From: Felis catus
Taxonomy: Eukaryota
Length of the DNA stretch: 64,000 nucleotides
Assembly: GCF_018350175.1 (NCBI RefSeq)
Contig: NC_058368.1
Coordinates: 119,352,001 to 119,416,000, forward strand
Direction of reading: 5' to 3'
Part shown: positions 61,561 to 64,000 of the stretch, in pieces
Numbering within the stretch: the stretch's first letter is position 1
How the letters are laid out: every line of letters starts with the position of its first letter
Position numbers and translations under genes: made by a program
Notes under the pieces: generated by a model
Told to the model about the DNA's origin: nothing
The model's input: only the letters and a program-made list of their open reading frames with translations
Database searches by the model: none

Positions 61561-63194
61561 CAATCAGATAACACAAAGAAATAAAAGGCATCCAAATTGG
61601 CCAGGAGGACGTCAAACTTTCACTCTTCACAGATGACATGATACTCTTTATGGAAAACCCTAAAGACTCTACCAAAAAACTGCTAGAACTGATTCATGAA
61701 TTCAGCAAAGTTGCAGGATATAAAATCAATGCACAGAAATCGGTTGCATTCCTGTACACCAACAATGAAGCGACAGAAAGAGAAATCAAGGAATCGGTCC
61801 CATTTACAGTTGCACCAAAAACCATAAAATACCTAGGAATCTGACCAAAGACATGAAAAATCTATACACTGAAAACTATAGAGAGCTGATGAAAGAAATT
61901 GAAGAAGACACAAAGAAATGGAAAAAGATTCCATACTCCTGGATAGGAAGAACAAATATTGTTAAAATGTCGATACTACCCAAAGCAATCTACATATACA
62001 ATGTGATCCCTATCAAAGTAACACCAGCATTCTTCACAGACCCAGAACAAATAATCCTAAAATTTGTGTGGAACCAGAAAAGACCCCGAATAGTCAAAGC
62101 AATCTTGAAAAAGAAAACCAAAGCAGGAGGCATCACGATCCCAGACTTCAAGCTATACTACAAAGCTGTAATCATCAAGACAGTATGGTACTGGCACAAG
62201 AACAGACACTCAGATCAATGGAATAGAATAGAGAACCCAGAAATGGACCCACAGACGTTTGGGCAACTAATCTTTGACAAAGCAGGAAAGAATATCCAAT
62301 GGAATAAAGACAGTCTCTTCAGCAAGTGGTGCTGGGAAAACTGGACAGCGACATGCAGAAGAATGAACCTGGACCACTTTCTTACTCTATACACAAAAAT
62401 AAACTCAAAGTGGATGACAGACCTCAATGTAAGACTGGAAGCCTTCAAAATCCTTGAGGAGAAAGCAGCCAAAAACCTCTTTGATCTTGCCCACAGCAAT
62501 TTCTTACTCAACACGTCTCTGGAGGCAAGGGAAACAAAAGCAAAAATGAATGACTGGGACCTCATCAAAATAAAAATCTTCTGCACAGTGAAGGAAACAA
62601 TCAGCAAAACTAAAAGGCAACCGATAGAATGGGAGAAAATATTTGCAAATGACATATCAGATAAAGGGTTAGCGTCCAAAATCTATAAAGACCTTATCAA
62701 ACTCAACACCCAAAAAACAAATAATCCAGTGAAGAAATGGGCAAAAGACATGAATAGACACTTCTCCAAAGAAGACATCCAGATGGCCAACCGACACATG
62801 AAAAAATGCTCAACATCACTCACCATCAGGGAAATACAAATCAAAACCACAATGAGATACCACCTGACACCTGTCAAAATGGCTAACATTAACAACTAAG
62901 GTAACAACAAATGTTGGCGAGGATGCGGAGAAAGAGGATCTCTTTTGCATTGTTGGTGGCAATACAAGCTGGTGCAGCCACTCTGGAAGACAATATGGAG
63001 GTTTCTCAAAAAACTAAAAATAGAATTACCCTACGACCCAGCAATTACACTGCTAGGCATTTATCCACAGGATTCAGGTGTGCTGTTTCGAAGGGACACA
63101 TGCACCCCCATGTTTATAGCAGCACCATCAACAATAGCCAAAGTATGGAAAGAACCCAAATGTCTGTCAATGGATGAGTGGATAAAGAAAAAGT

Positions 63195-63241
<47 letters not shown>

Positions 63242-63369
63242 TGGAGTATTACTTGGCAATCAAAAAGAATGAAATCTTGCCATTTGCAACTACATGGATG
63301 GAAGGTATTATGCTAAGTGAAATTAGTCAGTCAGAGAAAGACAAAAATCATATGACTTCACTCATATGA
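61561..63369 (+). pseudogene. LINE-1 ORF2p C-terminal half (late RT, C-terminal Cys-rich region), disrupted
   Basis: [32 protein letters not shown] (FADD motif altered to FTDD), 348-aa open stretch 61853-62899, premature stop, frameshifts, (TA)n expansion at about 63197-63238. Confidence 0.95.
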
Positions 63370-64000
63370 GGACTTTAAGAGACAAAACAGATGAACCTAA
63401 GGGAAGGGAAACAAAAATAATATAAAGACAGGGAGGGAGACAAAACAAAAGAGACTCATAAATCGGAGAACAAACTGAGGGTTGCTGGAGGGGTTTTGGG
63501 AGGGGGGATGGGCTAAATGGTTAAGGGGCATTAAGGAATCTACTGAAATCATTGCTTCACTATATACTAACTAATTTGGATGTAAATTTTAAAAAATAAA
63601 AAATTAAATTAAATTAAAAAAAATAGTCTGCTATCCATATCTTGAAAGTCTTAACAATTTAATCTTCACATCTATGTTTTGTGACTGAAGACTGATGTGC
63701 CCTAAAGTGTTCCTGTGAGCAAAGGAGGTGAGTGCAGTACACATGGCCACCCTTCAGTCTGCACTGGACCCTTGCAAATTGTGAAGCAGTCTGGCCCTCT
63801 CCTCAAACGAAAGGTAGGCTTTAATGCATCACTAGGAATCAACCACTCTTCTAGCTACCTGCTCTCCTGGATAAAGTGGTTTTCTCCCAGTAGGAAGCAG
63901 AGGACCCTCTTTTGCCAGCATTTGATTTCCCGTGGCTAACTGAATACAATGAAGGACCTCATAGACCTTTTTCCAGAGGCTCCTTAGAACATGGTTGATG

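Larger units (their letters stand above)
58447..63621 (+). mobile_element. 5'-complete felid LINE-1 with an internal deletion of the ORF2 N-terminal half
   Basis: Starts with the YY1-type aagatggc, about 2.1-kb 5'UTR, ORF1, ORF2 from the late RT region on, 3'UTR, A-rich tail; TSD aacagtctgctgtcc (58432-58446) / aatagtctgctatcc (63622-63636). Confidence 0.96.

Noticed and set aside
60544..62679. Long antisense ORFs (191 aa at 60544-61119, 154 aa at 62215-62679)
   Set aside because: Mirror frames of L1 ORF1/ORF2, a common artefact
1..64000. CRISPR arrays, operons, rRNA genes or other prokaryote-type systems
   Set aside because: The sequence is mammalian; no regularly spaced repeat-spacer array or gene-dense region seen

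Overview
Mammalian genomic DNA, almost certainly from a felid: it carries many tRNA-derived Can-SINEs, including near-consensus SINEC_Fc-type copies, and carnivore-type LINE-1. The window looks intergenic or deep-intronic and is rich in transposable elements. I recognise no intact host protein-coding exon, and the only ORFs with recognisable homology are LINE-1 ORF1/ORF2 remnants. Main items: about 25 Can-SINEs, many with target-site duplications (TSDs); a 5'-complete LINE-1 (58447-63621) missing about 2 kb of ORF2; several truncated or older L1, L2, MIR, MaLR/ERVL LTR and hAT-Charlie fossils; a full-length 7SK retrocopy (32166-32502, minus strand); and microsatellites. Less ordinary observations: a 33-bp locus-specific duplication 10.4 kb apart (11091/21485), a probable retrocopied mRNA 3' end inside an L2 (50802-51084), an inverted pair of perfect ARE/MARE motifs (20041-20112), a strong CTCF motif (18099), and two exon-like segments. 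I found no convincing new biological system. Repeat subfamily names come from recalled consensus sequences and need RepeatMasker/Dfam confirmation; boundaries of old elements are approximate.
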